Origin: an uncultured Nitrososphaerales archaeon
Lineage (GTDB): Archaea; Thermoproteota; Nitrososphaeria; Nitrososphaerales; Nitrososphaeraceae
NCBI GenBank assembly: GCA_963713605.1
Contig: CAVQMO010000010.1
Location: 800,001-864,000, forward strand
Direction of reading: 5' to 3'
Length of the DNA stretch: 64,000 nucleotides
The notes under the pieces were generated by a model. The model saw only the letters and a list, made by a program, of their open reading frames with translations. It was not told where the DNA came from and searched no databases. How positions within the stretch are numbered: the first letter of the stretch is position 1; each line of letters opens with the position of its first letter. Of this stretch, positions 1 to 10,603 are shown one piece after another. A program made the position numbers and the translations under genes.

Positions 1-427
1 ACTCAATGATTCGCTAGGCAATGACCTATCCCCTAGTTTTACGCAAGGAAGTGAAGTACTGCTAACACACATTTTTAAAACACCTTGAACAACCTATTTT
101 TTGTCGATATCATATTCCAATCTGATACTGCTTCCAGCGAGTTTGATAAGCTCTCTTAAGCAAAAAATTTGTGGAATGGTTAGCAAGGATAAAGCAATTA
201 GTGGATACGCTAAAGCCCCTCTAAGTCACCTGCTGTGAGGTGTATGAATACATTCGTCTAGTCGTTGAGACCTGCATATAATAATGCCATTATGAATAAT
301 TCTATCCAGTAAGATCTATTGCAGTTGTGAGCGTTTAATGTGCCCTGCTCTACGAGGCGACCTATGTTCCTTTGATCAATGCACCTGAAATTCTGAGAAT
401 GATAGATATTAATTACATCTTTCGCAT

Positions 428-1895
428 ATGGGGAGTCACAAGATGGATCGTACAAGTTCAGTAGTCAATATTCATGAAAATGCTCAGTCGGTTCACACGG
501 TCAAATACCTTGAGGAGCTAGTCACAAGAGTAAGAAATGGTAATTTGAAAATAGCAATATATGGACTTGGACATGTGGGTGCACCGTTGGCTGCTACCTG
601 GTTAAGAGCCGGTGCTTCCGTTATTGGGATTGATAAATCTGAGAAGGTCAGAGAATACGCAAGAGAAGGAAAAACTCAGATCCCTGAGCCTTACGTCAAT
701 GAGGCATTTACGAAAGGACTTAAAGAGAATAGATTTTCGGTCTATGATGACCCTGTGGCTGCCTCAAAGGATTCATTTTTCAAGATGATTTGTGTACCTG
801 TGATGGCAGAAAATGCGAATGCCAATCTACAAGCTGTCGAGAACGTCGTCTCTTCTATAGGTATTGCCCTTAAGCATGGCGATGTGGTTGCATTAACACC
901 AAGCGTTCCTCCTGGAACAACTGAGGAGTTTATCGTACCAATTCTAGAAGAGAAATCGAGACTAGAATGCGAGAGAGACTTTTTTGTGGTCTACAACCCA
1001 GAGAGGATATACGAGGGTAGGGCCATACAGGATATCGAGGATGGATACCCGGCAATTGTAGCGGGAACTGGACCCCAGAGCTCCAACATTGCATCAGTGC
1101 TCTATCAGTTAATCTTCAAAAAGGGGGTAATCAAGACTGTCATCACCAAAAACAGCGGAATTTGAAAAACTAATTGAAGGTGTCTACAGAGACGTGAATA
1201 TCGCCCTTGCCAACGAGCTGGCTATGATTTCGGAGAGCATAGGAGTAGATTTTTGGGAAGCCAGAAATGCTGCTAATTCTCAGTCATATTGTCATCTCCA
1301 CAGACCTGGCATAGGCGTAGGAGGGGCATGTATACCAGTTTATCCCCAATTTATCCTTGATATTGCTCGTAAAAATAGCATTGAATCCCCAATCACTAAG
1401 TACGGTCGTCTGGTTAACGACCGAATGCCTTCATATGCAGTAAACGAAGCATTGAGTGCCTGTCAAAGAGTACAGCCTAAGACAAAAAATTTAAAAGATT
1501 ATAGAGTCACTCTTCTTGGACTCGCTTTTAGAGGGGGCGTTTCTGATACTAGGCTGTCCCCAACATACAGAGTAATTGAAGAACTTTTTAGGAAAGGCGT
1601 AAAGAATATTCAGGTGCACGATCCTTTGGTGATGCGTGACCCCGCCCTGTCTAAGTACCCTGGTGTTAGCTTGAACATTAATTTGGGATCGTCATTGAAA
1701 GGGGCCGATCTGATTATCATAGTCGCTGATCATACCGAGTATTCTAATCTTGATGTCGAGCATCTTGGAAATGCAGTTGTATACGACGGTAGAGGCATAA
1801 TTGACACCTCAAGACCCTTTGGACCAAATCTCGTCTCGCTGGGAGTTGGCAAGAATATGGCTACCCCGATGAAAATTCAGAAGCCGAGCATATAG
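428..1895 (+). CDS. wecC: Nucleotide-sugar (UDP-N-acetyl-D-mannosamine/UDP-glucose family) dehydrogenase, one frameshift near 1140-1150
   Basis: GLGHVG Rossmann motif, NPERI, AEFEKLIEGVYRDVNIALANE read across the shift, GVGGACIP catalytic Cys, GLAFRG. Confidence 0.8.
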
Positions 1896-1904
1896 AGATA
1901 TTCA

Positions 1905-2966
1905 ATGAATTCTCTCCATAGGAAGGAATTATTAACAGTCCAGTGGCGGCGAAACGCAGTTCGGATTATTGATCAAACTAAACTGCCTAACAAGTTAGTT
2001 TACCTAACATTCACAGATCATCACGAGATCGCTAAAGCTATCAAGTCCCTGGTAGTAAGAGGAGCTCCTGCGATAGGCATATGCGCTGCTTTGGCATTGT
2101 TGTTGGTAACCATTAATAGCAAAGCGAAATCTGAAAAGGGCTTAAAGTCAGAATTGGAAAGGGCCGGTAGTCTATTATTATCTACCCGACCAACCGCTGT
2201 TAACATCAACTGGGCAGTTAAGAGAATTCTCCAGACTTCCTCAAAAGGTAAGAATGTTAAAGAAATAAGGGATTTAGTTAAGCGAGAAGCGCTGGCGATG
2301 CTCGATGACGACATTCTAACAAATAGGAAAATGGGGAGAGCAGGTTCCTATTTGTTTCGTGATGGAGACGTAGTTATGACACATTGTAACGCGGGGTCGC
2401 TTGCAACTTCAACGTACGGAACTGCGCTGGGTGTACTCAGGACTGCACGAGAAGATGGGAAAAATTTGAAGATCATTGCCACGGAAACTAGGCCGGTAAT
2501 GCAGGGCTCAAGGTTAACTGCATTTGAACTAATGCATGACGATTTTGATGTACGTTTGATTTCTGATACTGCAGTTGGATATGTGATGGCAAATAAGATG
2601 GTTGACAAGGTTATCGTAGGGGCCGACAGAATTTTAAGTACCGGACACGTCTATAATAAGATCGGAACTTACCAGATTGCCATATTGGCCAATATTCACA
2701 AGATACCTTTCTATGTTGCTGCTCCAATCTCGACATTCGATCTAAAAAGCTCCATTTCTGAAATAAAGATCGAGGACAGATCGCCGGATGAGATCACAAA
2801 AATCAAGAACATCCTTATTGCTCCTAAGGGTATTAATACAATTAATCCAGCTTTCGACATCACACCTCCAAATCTTATCACTGGTATAATAACTGAATTA
2901 GGCCTACTCGAGCCACCATTTCAAAGAAGTATCGATACGATTATCAAGCGAAGTAGACGGTATTGA
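1905..2966 (+). CDS. mtnA: Methylthioribose-1-phosphate isomerase
   Basis: IDQTKLP, VRGAPAIG, TRPTAVN, THCNAGSLAT, ETRP, NPAFDITP motifs. Confidence 0.92.
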   Translation: MNSLHRKELLTVQWRRNAVRIIDQTKLPNKLVYLTFTDHHEIAKAIKSLVVRGAPAIGICAALALLLVTINSKAKSEKGLKSELERAGSLLLSTRPTAVNINWAVKRILQTSSKGKNVKEIRDLVKREALAMLDDDILTNRKMGRAGSYLFRDGDVVMTHCNAGSLATSTYGTALGVLRTAREDGKNLKIIATETRPVMQGSRLTAFELMHDDFDVRLISDTAVGYVMANKMVDKVIVGADRILSTGHVYNKIGTYQIAILANIHKIPFYVAAPISTFDLKSSISEIKIEDRSPDEITKIKNILIAPKGINTINPAFDITPPNLITGIITELGLLEPPFQRSIDTIIKRSRRY

Positions 2967-3034
2967 GACGAAGGTGCCAAAAAAATACAACAGAACAAAG
3001 TATTTATCGAGTGTAGTGTGGTATGAAATCCTAG

Positions 3035-3640
3035 ATGTCTTCGCAGAAAGTTACCGAGGAGCAGGTGTTCCACGCGTTGCGAAAGTGTATGGATCCTGAG
3101 ATCCCGGTAAACGTGGTGGACCTTGGCCTTATATATAATGTAAGAGTTGACCCGACAAATGATGTCGGGATAGAAATGACTATGACTACTAGGGGCTGTC
3201 CCCTTCATGATACCCTTGTTAGTGACGTCAAGCGTTCGGTAGGCAAAATTACTGGGATAGGAAACATAAATGTCAATATTGTTTGGGATCCTCCTTGGAC
3301 AAGCGACAAGATTAATCCTGTTGTTAGACAAAGATTGGGAATTGGAAAACCAAAATTGCGATTTCAGATAGACTATGAAAAATATAAACCTGCGAAGGCT
3401 GGTAAACTGACCCCTCAAGAAGATGGTTCTTTGGTCCTGTTAAACGATAGTAATCAAGCGTTCATGGTCAATCAGGCCATTGTTGATTTCTGGAATTCTT
3501 GTGAGGGTAGTAAGACGGTAACCGAGTTGACTGATGATTTTTCCAAGAAACTAGGCATGACCCGAGAGCAGGTTGAGAAGGAAGCGCTGCAACTAGTGGA
3601 ACAGCTCTTCGATTCTGGGCTTCTTCAACCTCCTCAGTAA
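3035..3640 (+). CDS. DUF59/SufT-like Fe-S assembly domain fused to a C-terminal PqqD-like domain
   Basis: DPEIPVNVVDLGLIY...TTRGCP...VWDPPW N-terminus; C-terminus N..IVDFWNSCEGSKTVTEL...LVEQLFDSGLL resembles PqqD. Confidence 0.8.
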   Translation: MSSQKVTEEQVFHALRKCMDPEIPVNVVDLGLIYNVRVDPTNDVGIEMTMTTRGCPLHDTLVSDVKRSVGKITGIGNINVNIVWDPPWTSDKINPVVRQRLGIGKPKLRFQIDYEKYKPAKAGKLTPQEDGSLVLLNDSNQAFMVNQAIVDFWNSCEGSKTVTELTDDFSKKLGMTREQVEKEALQLVEQLFDSGLLQPPQ

Positions 3641-3681
3641 CATTTTCTAGTTGTTAACAGAAACACACGACTAGTAACGCA

Positions 3682-4263
3682 TTGATATTAGTCGTAGAGC
3701 TGGGAATGGGCGATGGAAGGCATTTGTGTGAATTGTCGAAACATGAACAAAACACCAATACACTCTTCATAGGCATAGAGAATAATAGCGCTCTTTACAG
3801 TGAAGCCACAAGGCGTATCACTACTGATAACGTAGTGCTCATCAACGATAGTTTCGAAAATAGGATTGGGGATTTCGAAAATGGAACAATAGATAAAGTG
3901 ATTATGATACTTCCGGATCCTAAGTATGTTGATCGTCATTACCATGATGATTGGATCCCTTTATATGCAAACATCTTTCTCAAACTAAAGAAATTGGGTA
4001 CACTTGAAATAGTTACCGAAATTATTGACGACTTGCTTCAACCAGTTTCAGACGCTGCATTTTATGATTGGGAAAAATGGCTTCTAGAGGCTTTCGTTAA
4101 GATGGGTTTTGGAATAGATGAGATTTTGAACGAAGCCCCTTCTAACTATACCTCAACATGCCTAGATAGATTCAGACAGGACCCGGAACGAATTAGACTA
4201 ATGACGCTCAGACTGTTCAAACCTTTAACTGAACTTGTAAGCAAATCTCCGAAGGGTACCTGA
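3682..4263 (+). CDS. Class I SAM methyltransferase, TrmB-like
   Basis: VELGMGDG, FIGIE, ILPDP motifs. Confidence 0.6.
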   Translation: MILVVELGMGDGRHLCELSKHEQNTNTLFIGIENNSALYSEATRRITTDNVVLINDSFENRIGDFENGTIDKVIMILPDPKYVDRHYHDDWIPLYANIFLKLKKLGTLEIVTEIIDDLLQPVSDAAFYDWEKWLLEAFVKMGFGIDEILNEAPSNYTSTCLDRFRQDPERIRLMTLRLFKPLTELVSKSPKGT

Positions 4264-4782
4264 ATTCATGTGTTTCAATTCCACATGATGTTCGTAACAC
4301 TTCCTGGAACACAAAATGGAATTGCAATGCAGCTCTTGGCAGGGTATCGAGTCTTCAGTGTTGTGCTCAATATTGCAGTAAGTGCAAAAGCATCCAAGTG
4401 GTAGTTGAATGGAATAACTGAGCGGTTCACCGCATGATCTTTTCTCCTCGAACCATAATACCTCTGCATCAGTTTTCTCTGCATAGCCTTGAACTCTCTC
4501 AAATGCGTCGTAGTAGCCACCACATTGAAATTCCCTTATTGAAATACTCCCAGTGGATCCGCTTGACTCTCTAATTCTAAATGCAACCAGCCATTTTACC
4601 AAAGGAATTAAATTATGTTCGTCGTTCATCACACCATCAATCACAAGCTTGTTGCCCTTTATTTTTGAATCTAAAATAGGTTTATTATATCGTTCACTTT
4701 TCTTTTTCTTAAGAGTTTCAGGTTTTTTCACTTCAATCAATTCAAGAAGCTGAAATTGGAACAGAAAAATCGACATGTTCAA
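4225..4782 (-). CDS. Hypothetical protein with Cys/His-rich (zinc-finger-like) C-terminus
   Basis: 185 aa ORF co-oriented with and abutting priS; CFCTYC...C...C...CSRKC..HH. Confidence 0.5.
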   Translation of the reverse strand: MNMSIFLFQFQLLELIEVKKPETLKKKKSERYNKPILDSKIKGNKLVIDGVMNDEHNLIPLVKWLVAFRIRESSGSTGSISIREFQCGGYYDAFERVQGYAEKTDAEVLWFEEKRSCGEPLSYSIQLPLGCFCTYCNIEHNTEDSIPCQELHCNSILCSRKCYEHHVELKHMNSGTLRRFAYKFS

Positions 4783-5942
4783 GGATCAAAGTGCACTGCA
4801 TGTGCGAGACCTTTAGATATTAGGTAAACTCCCATGAACATAGGTACATGAACAAAATCCTCGGTAAGATTGAATCTCTCACCTTTCAACTGCAGTTTCA
4901 ACTTCGGGAGCGTAATTTTGACTGTTACTTCGCGACTTGAAAGTTGGCATGGCTCGTCGAAAGGATCAAATGTATTCAGATCTGCACATAGAATCTTTGT
5001 AAGCCCACTCTTACCATTTAACGTTCCTGGCAACCTGAACACTCGGTGAACGTCAGTGGTGACCTGAGAATCAATACGCACGCCCATCTCCTTTGTAATT
5101 TCTGCTACTCGCCTCCTGAATTGTTCTAAGCCCCCTAGTTCCTTGATCAAATTAGATAGCTTCTTCTGCGATGTTATAGACAATCCTAATCTATCGGAGA
5201 TTCTTTTTCGCCAACCATAATCCAATCCGCCCATTGGGAATCTAACGCGAAAATCACTCCGCATATCCTTAGCGGCTCCTATAACATCGGGCAAGATTCC
5301 TACTCCCATTATGTATGCAGCCAAATCCGCTCGTGCTCGCGTATTCAAATCATTGAATGATTCATCTAGTACGTGGACATGAAAACCATTGTTGCCTGAA
5401 AAATATGTAGTGATTTTTTCTGGGCTTATCCCTATATCAGACGTAAGGAACCGATGCAATTTCATAACTTCATTCTTTAGCCCGTTAACACATTTGTCAC
5501 AGGGAAGCATTGAATCTGCAAAGCTATTCGAACCACACTTTGGACAACTTTCCTGAGAGCCGGAGGCGTAACTGCTACTACAAGAAAGGCAGGTTCTATA
5601 AGAATGAGACTGCCTGCATTTCAAGTTGAGGTCCTTAAGATCGATATCAAAAATTAAATCCGCTCCACGCCACCCTTTTTCACTTATCGGGAGCATTGGG
5701 AAGTCGTATTGCGCGTTCGACGCGAATACATCTGAAGGAGTTTCCAATATCAATGCCGCAACCAGCCCTCCCAAATTGGAAAATTCAAGATGTCTCTTCA
5801 TAATACCATCGAATCCCATTAGTCCAAACTCGCGATTCTGCATTCTTGGTGGCTCCTCAACCTTGTTCCCGTGATTGAAGTAGAATTCTCTGAACGCTGT
5901 TTTCACTAAGTGTAAATCCTCGCCTGTTTTGGTCCGAATCAT
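4779..5942 (-). CDS. priS: DNA primase small (catalytic) subunit
   Basis: REFG, LIFDID, FSGNNGFHV, IDSQVTTDVHRVFRLPGTLN. Confidence 0.93.
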   Translation of the reverse strand: MIRTKTGEDLHLVKTAFREFYFNHGNKVEEPPRMQNREFGLMGFDGIMKRHLEFSNLGGLVAALILETPSDVFASNAQYDFPMLPISEKGWRGADLIFDIDLKDLNLKCRQSHSYRTCLSCSSSYASGSQESCPKCGSNSFADSMLPCDKCVNGLKNEVMKLHRFLTSDIGISPEKITTYFSGNNGFHVHVLDESFNDLNTRARADLAAYIMGVGILPDVIGAAKDMRSDFRVRFPMGGLDYGWRKRISDRLGLSITSQKKLSNLIKELGGLEQFRRRVAEITKEMGVRIDSQVTTDVHRVFRLPGTLNGKSGLTKILCADLNTFDPFDEPCQLSSREVTVKITLPKLKLQLKGERFNLTEDFVHVPMFMGVYLISKGLAHAVHFDP

Positions 5943-5967
5943 GATTGTTTCCGGATATTCACCTTTG

Positions 5968-7008
5968 TCACACGTTTGCTTCCTTTGAATGGAATTTGAC
6001 TGCTCTTCCGAACTGTACTGGATTTATCAATCCTTCGCACTGGCTTGTAGCAAAGCAGAGTCCGTCATTTCGTAATTTAGCACATGAAGGGACCAAGTAG
6101 CGAACACGACTTCCTCTTTCTCCTGCCAAGTGTTCAACCTGATACCTGGATACCCTTTCGTCATAATCTGGGGCATTTTTGAAAATAGATACTATCTCTT
6201 CAGTATTTTTTCCTATGGCAAGCATATATGTGGCGAGCATCACCCTCGCAGAATGAGGTAGATTCTCTCCAGTTGCCATTTGGTCCAAAGCGTGGCATAT
6301 ACAGGGAGGGTAAGCTGATGGGGTAATGTCAAGTTTGCGAGATGCTACAGGGATGATCGCTTTTAGAATATTTGCCTGTTCCCTTATCGTTGCTGGTATG
6401 TGAGATGGGTTCATTTGTCTTATTCTTTCTAGCAACAGATTTGCTACCTCAGCTCGAATTAGCCGCACAGTCTCATCAGGATCAAGAAATACTCGACCGT
6501 CGTGAACGAGTCTGTTGATAAGCTTCCAATCTTGCTCGTGAAATAGATGAGACCTTTTTAGATAATCTGTTACCTTCACCTCAAACATCAACTGGTATTT
6601 CAAACTAGGGAGTACGTCCATTTTTAACAGCTCTTTAAAAACCTTGAAAATCAAAAGTCTTTTATTTGAAAGTTCTCGCCGCTCTTTCAAATCACGCACA
6701 AGAAATCTTTCGGCTCTTAGTGCTTCGCAAAGGCAATGTTTTTTGGTTAGGATGTCGGAATTTATCGCTTTAATGATTAGAATTCCGACAAGAAATGTCA
6801 ATATCTCGACTTCGTGTCTTTCTAGAGCGTAATCTGGTTTGCCGTGAACTATTTCACTTCTTATCCTATTTGATGCTCTTTCTACTATATGCCCAAGCTC
6901 GGGTAGATTAAGATCATCGAGATTGAAGTAAGTTTGACGCATATACTCGGCCGCCTCATTCAGGAAAGGGTATTTTGCCAAATCGGCAGTTCCGAGTCGA
7001 ATATTCAT
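5968..7008 (-). CDS. priL: DNA primase large subunit
   Basis: LAKYPFL, YPPCI, GENLPHSAR, PSCAKL...C...C Fe-S ligands; adjacent to priS. Confidence 0.92.
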   Translation of the reverse strand: MNIRLGTADLAKYPFLNEAAEYMRQTYFNLDDLNLPELGHIVERASNRIRSEIVHGKPDYALERHEVEILTFLVGILIIKAINSDILTKKHCLCEALRAERFLVRDLKERRELSNKRLLIFKVFKELLKMDVLPSLKYQLMFEVKVTDYLKRSHLFHEQDWKLINRLVHDGRVFLDPDETVRLIRAEVANLLLERIRQMNPSHIPATIREQANILKAIIPVASRKLDITPSAYPPCICHALDQMATGENLPHSARVMLATYMLAIGKNTEEIVSIFKNAPDYDERVSRYQVEHLAGERGSRVRYLVPSCAKLRNDGLCFATSQCEGLINPVQFGRAVKFHSKEANV

Positions 7009-7343
7009 AGTTACTCTCTATTATTGCGTTTGCGCTTATAAAATAACAGCGGTCCAATATTATTCAATTTTTAGAAAATCCCCGGTTAGATCTCCTCTTC
7101 TACGCTACTAGAGGCAACAAACGGCGTCAGCGCGCATCCAAGCGATCAGTTCAACACTCATTCACAAGGCCTCTTAAAAATCAAGATCTATTATATGGCA
7201 TACACCTAGGAGTATCCTCGACTCAAAAATAAGGAGGATAGAATCATCAATGAAGGCAGGTTACTAATTGCTGGGATCCTCCGTTCCCCACTATCATCCA
7301 CCAACAAATTTAAAACCTAAATGTGCTTGTCTCCAGCAATACT

Positions 7344-8817
7344 ATGACCAGTTACGACCAAATTATGAAACTTGCACTTGAACGCGGATTTTACTTTCCT
7401 AGCCTGCGAGATCTACCCAGACGCACCTGCGGGATTCTGGGAATACGGTCCCGTAGGAGTCAATATGAAGAACAAATTCATAGCGCTATGGCGCAGGGAG
7501 CTAATACGGCGAGACGGCATGCTAGAAATCGATGGGTCGCAGATAATGAGCCGGAGTGTTTTCGAAGCGTCTGGGCATTTACGTAATTTCAGTGATCCAC
7601 TAGTGGAATGCAAGACCTGTGGTTCAATATTCCGGGCAGACCGATACCTCTCTGAAAAATTGGGGAACCCTGTTCCAGAAGGTACTTCTGAGACTGGTAC
7701 TGAACTCAATAATAAATGAAAATCATATTCAATGCCAAAATTGCAAAGGAGAATTTAAACCAGTAATTGGATTCAATATGATGTTTAAGGTAGGGATCGG
7801 TTCTTCGCATGATGAGGCGTATTTGAGACCTGAAACGTGCCAAACAATTTTTGTTGACTTTGCACGAGTATTCAAGACAATGAGAGGTAGGCTTCCATTA
7901 GGGATTGCTCAGATTGGCAAGAGCTTTAGGAATGAAATTGCACCCAGACAGAGCCTGTTGAGACTTAGAGAATTTTATCAGGCTGAGATCGAAGTTTTTT
8001 GCAACCCTGACCGGTTAAATGAGGTGTCCAAGTTTGACGAAGTCAGAGATACTCCGTTCAATTTGTCTGATGACGAATTTCATCGAGACATAACTGCCAA
8101 CGATTGCTTGAAGGAAGGCTTGTTACCTAATAAGCTAGTTGCCTACTACCTAGCACTATTAACAGAGTTCTATAGCAAAACAGGAATTGACATGAAGAGG
8201 ACTAGATTTAGAAGATTATCCGACGATGAGAAGGCTTTCTATTCTCATCTTGCCTTTGATTTTGAGGTAGAAACAAGCGTAGGTTGGTTAGAGCTCGGTA
8301 GCTTGTAATTACCGGGCTGATTATGACCTGAAAGGTCATTCGTCGACCAGTAACCATAACCTGGAAGTTATGGAGGCCACCAACCAAACCAAAGTTTTAC
8401 CACACGTTTTTGAGTCTGTCGATGGGAATTGATAGAAGTCTATACAGTATCTTAGAACACGCCTATTACGAAGATTTTAGACATGATGATCGAGTCGTTT
8501 TAAGACTCAACCCTTACCTTGCTCCAATTTTGTTTGGAGTTCTTCCTCTTATGTCGAAAACCAACATGGTCGAGAAGTCTAGGACAATTCATTCACTTCT
8601 AAAGAAAGATTTCGATTCGATCTACGATGAGTCAGGTTCGATTGGTAGGAGGTACAGACGGCTAGAGGAAATTGGAGTTCCGTTTGCAATCACTGTAGAT
8701 CAGCAGTCGCTGGTAGATGATACTGTAACTGTCAGATATAGAGATTCTATGGAGCAGGAAAGAATTGGCATAGGGGACCTGAAAAAATTCCTCGATGGAA
8801 AATCTGCGGTAAATTAA
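7344..8817 (+). CDS. glyS: Glycine--tRNA ligase (archaeal/eukaryotic type), about four single-base insertions
   Basis: EYGPVG, ASGH...DP, YLRPETCQ, GKSFRNEIAPR, GSIGRRYRR..EIG; frame joins at ~7404, ~7698, ~8297, ~8415. Confidence 0.9.
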
Positions 8818-8854
8818 GAATAAAGAACTCTAAAGATGACAATGTAATCTTTAG

Positions 8855-9151
8855 CTATTTCTTTTGCTTAGATTCCTTGTTGATTCTTGTTATCTCGTTT
8901 TCCAAGAGTCTTGAATATTGCTGATAAGATTCTTGGAGGCGTCGGCGAGTGTTTGTAAGTTGCATACAAACATTCAAAGCTTCAATGCAAGAATCCAATG
9001 ATCTTTCTGAGGCGAATCTGCTCAATGCAGATTTAAATTGGATGATAAGTTTCTTCTCTTCAGAACTTTGGTCATTGATAAGGTTTGCAAGCTCCTCAAC
9101 TTCCGCAGAAATATCTGGCACCCCATCCCTGCCAAACTTAATCAACGGCAC
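8855..9151 (-). CDS. Hypothetical helical protein
   Basis: 98 aa ORF filling the gap between glyS and FNR. Confidence 0.6.
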   Translation of the reverse strand: MPLIKFGRDGVPDISAEVEELANLINDQSSEEKKLIIQFKSALSRFASERSLDSCIEALNVCMQLTNTRRRLQESYQQYSRLLENEITRINKESKQKK

Positions 9152-9330
9152 CTACCTCAGGAAATTGAAAATTATTACAACTTGAAAACAATAACAGTAA
9201 GTGATTACACATGTAAACTATATTAACGAATGTCAAATGCAGATTTGCTGCCAAGTTCTGTAAACTATCCCAAGCTCCCTTGGTTATCTTAGGACAATGT
9301 TTATTTACAATACTCAAACTTCAGGATTAC

Positions 9331-10176
9331 ATGGTAGTTGATAACAAAGGAACAATTTCGTACCTTAGGGTCTTGAAGGAAGATCTATTGATTTTACGAA
9401 TTACTCCAAATGATGGTCAAGTACCTGACTTTAAGGCAGGTCAGTTTCTTACTGTTGGGACACACATACCTCGAGAAGGAAAAGTGATCCGCAGGGCGTA
9501 TTCAATAGCGTCACCACCGGAGCAGAAAAAACATTTTGAGCTACTCATACGTTGGGTAAGAAAACCAGTACCGGGAAGGCTTACGACCGAACTTTTCAAT
9601 ATGAAGGAAGGAGATGACGTTAGTTGGGTGAAGCCTACTGGCATCTTCATAATCAATCAATCGAAGCCAGATGGGGCACCTGATGAGAGGCGGATGGTAC
9701 TTATTGGTGGAGGGACGGGGCTGGCCCCATTCATAGCCTACTCACTCCATTTAAAGTCTGTCCGTAGTAAGAGGGAGATAGTGGTCCTTCATGGTGCTAG
9801 TTATGTAGACGAACTGAGCTATAGAGAACTCTTGACCCAACTCGAAGATGAAAGTTACGATAACGGTAGGGGGGATAAGTGGAATTTCAAATATAGAGCT
9901 AGTATCAGCCGGCCACAGGAGTGGTTCAATAGAACATGGAGCGGGCAGAAAGGTAGGGTAGAATCATTCTTAAGACCAAAAGCGGGAACGGACAAGTCTC
10001 CTTTAGAGGAATTAGTGGGTGAGAAAATAACTCCAGACAATACATGTTTCTATGTGTGTGGGTGGCAGGGTACAGTTGATGGTGCACTCGATTACCTTGT
10101 ACCGAAGGGTTTTGTTACGGAACGTCAGAAGAGAAAAGACGGTAGTTATGACGTCAAATTCGAATCATATGGCTAG
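9331..10176 (+). CDS. fpr: Ferredoxin--NADP(+) reductase
   Basis: AGQF, RAYSIAS, GGGTGLAPF, YVCG, C-terminal FESYG; start placed at the ATG at 9331. Confidence 0.88.
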   Translation: MVVDNKGTISYLRVLKEDLLILRITPNDGQVPDFKAGQFLTVGTHIPREGKVIRRAYSIASPPEQKKHFELLIRWVRKPVPGRLTTELFNMKEGDDVSWVKPTGIFIINQSKPDGAPDERRMVLIGGGTGLAPFIAYSLHLKSVRSKREIVVLHGASYVDELSYRELLTQLEDESYDNGRGDKWNFKYRASISRPQEWFNRTWSGQKGRVESFLRPKAGTDKSPLEELVGEKITPDNTCFYVCGWQGTVDGALDYLVPKGFVTERQKRKDGSYDVKFESYG

Positions 10177-10227
10177 GCAAATACTTTTACTAAAGCCTTT
10201 ATATCTGAATATGTTTAGAACAACGAC

Positions 10228-10566
10228 ATGAAATTTGAATTCGAGGAATTTACTTCTGTAGAAGAAGTTTTCATGTACTTGGTGTCAGTAGCCCCATACA
10301 TGAAACAGATCTTGCCAGTAAGTTCGTACAAAGGATATATTTTCTCCATAGTTCCTTTAAGTCCTATTTCAGGCGAAGTTTTAATGATGGTTTATACTAA
10401 AGGGAAATTAGATCCTGGAATGCTCGAATTTGATGTTTCAACAAAGAAATACAAGCAAGTTAGTTCTGTTGAACGAGCTGATAAAAATTATTTTATTATA
10501 TTGACTCCTATCAGGGCTACTATAGCAGATGAAGCAATAACGGCACTCGAGTCAAAAAAACCCTAA
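10228..10566 (+). CDS. Conserved hypothetical protein
   Basis: Clean 112 aa ATG ORF. Confidence 0.65.
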   Translation: MKFEFEEFTSVEEVFMYLVSVAPYMKQILPVSSYKGYIFSIVPLSPISGEVLMMVYTKGKLDPGMLEFDVSTKKYKQVSSVERADKNYFIILTPIRATIADEAITALESKKP

Positions 10567-10603
10567 AATTTTTTGTTCGTCTACATAGGCAAGATGCAGA
10601 TTG

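Noticed and set aside
7344..8817. Programmed frameshifting or pseudogenisation of glyS, eno and nuo genes
   Set aside because: No shared slippery motif, the genes are essential, and the breaks are scattered 1-nt indels, which is better explained as assembly error.
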